Below are positions 61,086 through 64,000 of a stretch of 64,000 nt of DNA, one piece after another. A program made the position numbers and the translations under genes. The notes under the pieces were generated by a model. It made no database searches and was not told the origin of the DNA. It saw nothing but the letters and a program-made list of their open reading frames with translations. This DNA is from Deltaproteobacteria bacterium (GTDB taxonomy: Bacteria > Desulfobacterota_D > UBA1144 > Nemesobacterales > CSP1-2). Location of the stretch: NCBI GenBank assembly GCA_052390235.1, contig JBQTHB010000005.1, positions 352,001 to 416,000 of the forward strand, given 5' to 3'. Within the stretch, counting starts at the first letter, position 1. Every line of letters begins with the position of its first letter.

Positions 61086-61200
61086 CATAGGTTTTAGATG
61101 GCTTTGATGGTTGCGTTATTGAGCTTATTTAGTTCGCGTTTTGTTGCGCAATGTTTGGTTTCAAACAGATGAAATTTATCCACGGAGGGAGTGTCGTAAA

Positions 61201-62604
61201 ATGACGGAAATCGCTACGCCGGCAAGCCCCGTAAGGGTTGCCATAATAGGCTCGGGGCCCGCGGGGTTTTATGCCGCAGACCCGCTCCTGAAACAGACCA
61301 GTTACCAATTCGAGGTGGATATGTACGACCGCCTGCCCACTCCCTACGGGCTAGTGCGGTGCGGAGTTGCCCCCGACCATCAGAAAATTAAATCCGTTAC
61401 CAGGGTGTATGAAAAAATTGCGGCTCACCCGAAATTTCGCTTCTTCGGCTACGTTGAATTTGGCGCGCACATCACGCTAGAAGACCTAAAGCGCCACTAC
61501 CACATCATCATATTCGCCACTGGAGCGCAGACGGACAAGCGCATGAACATCCCCGGCGAAGACCTGCTGGGGAGTCATCCGGCAACGGAATTTGTGGCGT
61601 GGTACAACGGTCATCCCGATTACTGCCACCTCAACTTCGACCTATCCCAGGAGAGGGTAGCCGTCATTGGAGTGGGCAACGTAGCCATTGACGTAGCCAG
61701 AATCCTGTGCCTTAACGGAGAAGAGCTCAAAAAAACCGACATTGCCGACTACGCCCTCCACGCCCTGGCAAACAGCCGCGTTAAAGAGGTCTATATAGTA
61801 GGCCGAAGGGGCCCGGCGCAGGCGGCGTTCACAAACCCGGAAATCAAAGAAGTGGGCAACCTAGCCGACGCCAATGCCCTCACCCTTCCCGAAGAGGTCG
61901 CGCTCGACGAGGCGACGATAAAATCCATTGAGACCGACGAGGATAAAGCCACAATCACGCGCAAGGTTGAAATCCTGACCGGATATTCCGTCCAAAGAGA
62001 CTCGGCGAAATCCAAGAGGCTATATATGCGGTTTCTGCTCTCTCCCGTGGAAATCATCGGCGACGCCGGGGGGCGGGTATCGTCAATACGCCTCGTGAGA
62101 AACGCCCTCTACGCCGATAAGGACGGAAGCCTCAAAGCTCGCGCTACGGATAAATTCGAGGAAATCCCCGCGGGCTTGGTGTTCCGCTCCATCGGATACT
62201 ACGGCATTGGGCTTCCCGGTGTGCCGTTTAACGATAAATGGGGCGTGATTCTAAACGACAAGGGGAGAATTCTCGACCCGGATACTAAAAAACACGCCCT
62301 GGGGCTATATACGACGGGCTGGATAAAGAGGGGCCCTACGGGTGTCATCGGAACAAATAAAACGGATTCCGCCGAGACCGTAGCGCGCATCCTCGAAGAC
62401 GTTGCGGCGGGTAATCTGCCGAATCCCTCCCTCCCCGAAGCCAGAGCCGCTGAGAGACTCATCATGGAGCGTCAGCCGAGCTACGTTACCTATAAAGACT
62501 GGCTAAGCGTAGATAAAAAGGAGATTGCACGCGGGCAGGCAGAGGGGAGACCGCGTGTGAAATTCACGAATATAGAGGATATAATGTCCGCCGTTGATAG
62601 GTAG
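61201..62604 (+). CDS. Ferredoxin-NADP+ reductase, adrenodoxin-reductase/FprA type
   Basis: IIGSGPAGFY, PYGLVRCGVAPDH, FVAWYNGHPD, GVGNVAIDVARIL, GWIKRGPTGVIGTNK. Confidence 0.9.
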   Translation: MTEIATPASPVRVAIIGSGPAGFYAADPLLKQTSYQFEVDMYDRLPTPYGLVRCGVAPDHQKIKSVTRVYEKIAAHPKFRFFGYVEFGAHITLEDLKRHYHIIIFATGAQTDKRMNIPGEDLLGSHPATEFVAWYNGHPDYCHLNFDLSQERVAVIGVGNVAIDVARILCLNGEELKKTDIADYALHALANSRVKEVYIVGRRGPAQAAFTNPEIKEVGNLADANALTLPEEVALDEATIKSIETDEDKATITRKVEILTGYSVQRDSAKSKRLYMRFLLSPVEIIGDAGGRVSSIRLVRNALYADKDGSLKARATDKFEEIPAGLVFRSIGYYGIGLPGVPFNDKWGVILNDKGRILDPDTKKHALGLYTTGWIKRGPTGVIGTNKTDSAETVARILEDVAAGNLPNPSLPEARAAERLIMERQPSYVTYKDWLSVDKKEIARGQAEGRPRVKFTNIEDIMSAVDR

Positions 62605-62639
62605 GCGCGTCAAAATTCACGATGCGCGATAGTTGCAGG

Positions 62640-63329
62640 ATGAATACTCAGAAATTGAAACTGCTTGAAAAATTAGCCAGACGACGCCTCTCAGCCAACG
62701 CGGGACGGGAGAGCGTTGCGGTTTTTATTCTCGCCGGCGGTAAATCTGAGCGAATGGGCAGGGACAAGCGCTTCATGCTCCACGGCGGCGAGCCGTTCAT
62801 CCATCATATCTATAAAGCGGCGCGTTGCATCTCAAACGAGGTCTATGTTCTCATCTCCTCGCCCGGCGACGAGATATTTATATCCGCCATTTTGGGGGAC
62901 GTACCCTTTATCGTGGACTCTTCGCCCGGCTTTGGCCCTCTTCCGGCCCTTTGCGGGGCGCTTCCCCGGAGTTCAAGGGATTTTGCCCTGCTCCTGTCGG
63001 TTGACTATCCGCTGATGAGCGAGGGATTTCTCCTCAATTTCAAGGAATTGCTTGAGAGCCAGACCCCGAAGCCCGACGTTCTCGCCCCGATGTGGCGCGG
63101 AGAGCCTCAGGTCACCTGCGCTTTCTACAGGCGCACCCTCGCCGGGGGGTTAAAGAGCGCGTTTAACTGGGGCGAGCTTTCCCTGCGGCGCTGGATTGAA
63201 ACCCTGCCTGCAGACGCGGTAAAGAGGGTCGAGGAGCGGACGTGGACGCGGTGGGCGGGGGCAGAGGTCTTCTTCAACGTCAACACGCCCGAAGATTATA
63301 AGAAATTAACCAAAGCGCTCTCGGCATAA
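62640..63329 (+). CDS. mobA: Molybdenum cofactor guanylyltransferase
   Basis: ILAGGKSERMGRDK, GPL, VDYP, FFNVNTPED. Confidence 0.9.
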   Translation: MNTQKLKLLEKLARRRLSANAGRESVAVFILAGGKSERMGRDKRFMLHGGEPFIHHIYKAARCISNEVYVLISSPGDEIFISAILGDVPFIVDSSPGFGPLPALCGALPRSSRDFALLLSVDYPLMSEGFLLNFKELLESQTPKPDVLAPMWRGEPQVTCAFYRRTLAGGLKSAFNWGELSLRRWIETLPADAVKRVEERTWTRWAGAEVFFNVNTPEDYKKLTKALSA

Positions 63330-63405
63330 CGGCTCCGGCCCGTTTGGCTGTTTCGCGCCCATTTATCCCTCGGGCAGGCTCGGGCGTATGCTCCGGCAGT
63401 CCCTC

Positions 63406-64000
63406 CTAGGAGCCGCTTAAATCCTGCCACGGTTTTCTAATCTTGATTCCGTATTTAATCACCTTGTAGTCGAGCTGTCGCGGGGTGATTTCGAGGTAAG
63501 TTGCCGCGTGGGATTTCACCCAGCCGCATTTGTGAAGCGCCGAGATGATGCGCTCTTTTTCGAGTTCCTCGACGGTTTTTATGAGCGATGAGGGATTTTT
63601 GCGCGCGGGCGCTTCTCCTTCGCCCCACTCCGCCGGTTCTCCGTGAGGGGGACTGCTGTGCGTCTTATTTTGGGTTCTTATCTCGAGTGGCATATCCTCG
63701 GTTGAGATGGCGTCTCTATCAGCCATGATGACGAGGCGTTGAATGCAGTTCTCAAGCTGGCGCACGTTTCCGGGCCAAGAGTATCTCAGCATCAAATCCA
63801 TGACCTCGGCGGATATTCTCACACTTTTTTGGTTCTCGCCGTTGAATTTGTGCAGGAAATGCTCGGCGAGCATGGGTATGTCGTCCTTTCGTTCTCTGAG
63901 GGGGGGCAGAAATATCGGGATGACGTTTAACCTGTAGTATAGATCCTCGCGGAAATCCCCCTCGGCGATGGCTCTTTCGATGTCCTTGTTGGTGGCGGCG
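63406..64000 (-). CDS. sigma54-dependent activator with NifA-like HTH, 3' part only
   Basis: Manual extension gives AATNKD...[39 protein letters not shown]-terminal [26 protein letters not shown]. Confidence 0.9.
   Translation of the reverse strand, partial: AATNKDIERAIAEGDFREDLYYRLNVIPIFLPPLRERKDDIPMLAEHFLHKFNGENQKSVRISAEVMDLMLRYSWPGNVRQLENCIQRLVIMADRDAISTEDMPLEIRTQNKTHSSPPHGEPAEWGEGEAPARKNPSSLIKTVEELEKERIISALHKCGWVKSHAATYLEITPRQLDYKVIKYGIKIRKPWQDLSGS

Noticed and set aside
63406..64000. Calling the regulator nifA and inferring nitrogen fixation
   Set aside because: Only the 3' part is visible and there are no nif genes in the window

Overview
A 64 kb bacterial chromosomal window from a diderm organism. 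The gene style suggests a deltaproteobacteria-like lineage, possibly Dadabacteria/Desulfobacterota-D, but this is only an impression. Bases 1-43.5 kb are mostly housekeeping: yidC'-yidD-rnpA-rpmH, pncB, an F420:NADP oxidoreductase, hemA-hemC, acs, uppS-dxr-rseP, murQ-anmK, a TCA cluster (acnA-icd-mdh-sdh-sucC) and yceD-rpmF-fabD-fabG-acpP-fabF. Oddities in this part are a Mycobacterium Sdh1-like (type F) succinate dehydrogenase, a probably dead beta-CASP nuclease ending in a clamp-binding-like motif, and a DEDDh exonuclease-WYL fusion. Bases 43.7-64 kb form a nitrate-assimilation cluster. It holds an NrtABCD-type ABC transporter, a porin, a TonB receptor and a NarK-type MFS. It also holds a three-part nitrite reductase (NirB-type flavin module + NirA-type siroheme module + plant-type ferredoxin), a nitrate reductase fused to a degenerate diaphorase and BFD domain, an FprA-type FNR, MobA, and the 3' end of a sigma54 activator with a NifA-like HTH. 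Four sigma54 -24/-12 promoters can be read directly, each with NifA-type TGT-N10-ACA boxes about 100-120 bp upstream. One of them precedes no credible ORF, only a ~110 nt structured transcript with anti-Shine-Dalgarno loops, a candidate new nitrogen-regulated sRNA. No rRNA, tRNA, CRISPR array or transposase was recognised. All calls are by eye from sequence motifs; no database search was run.
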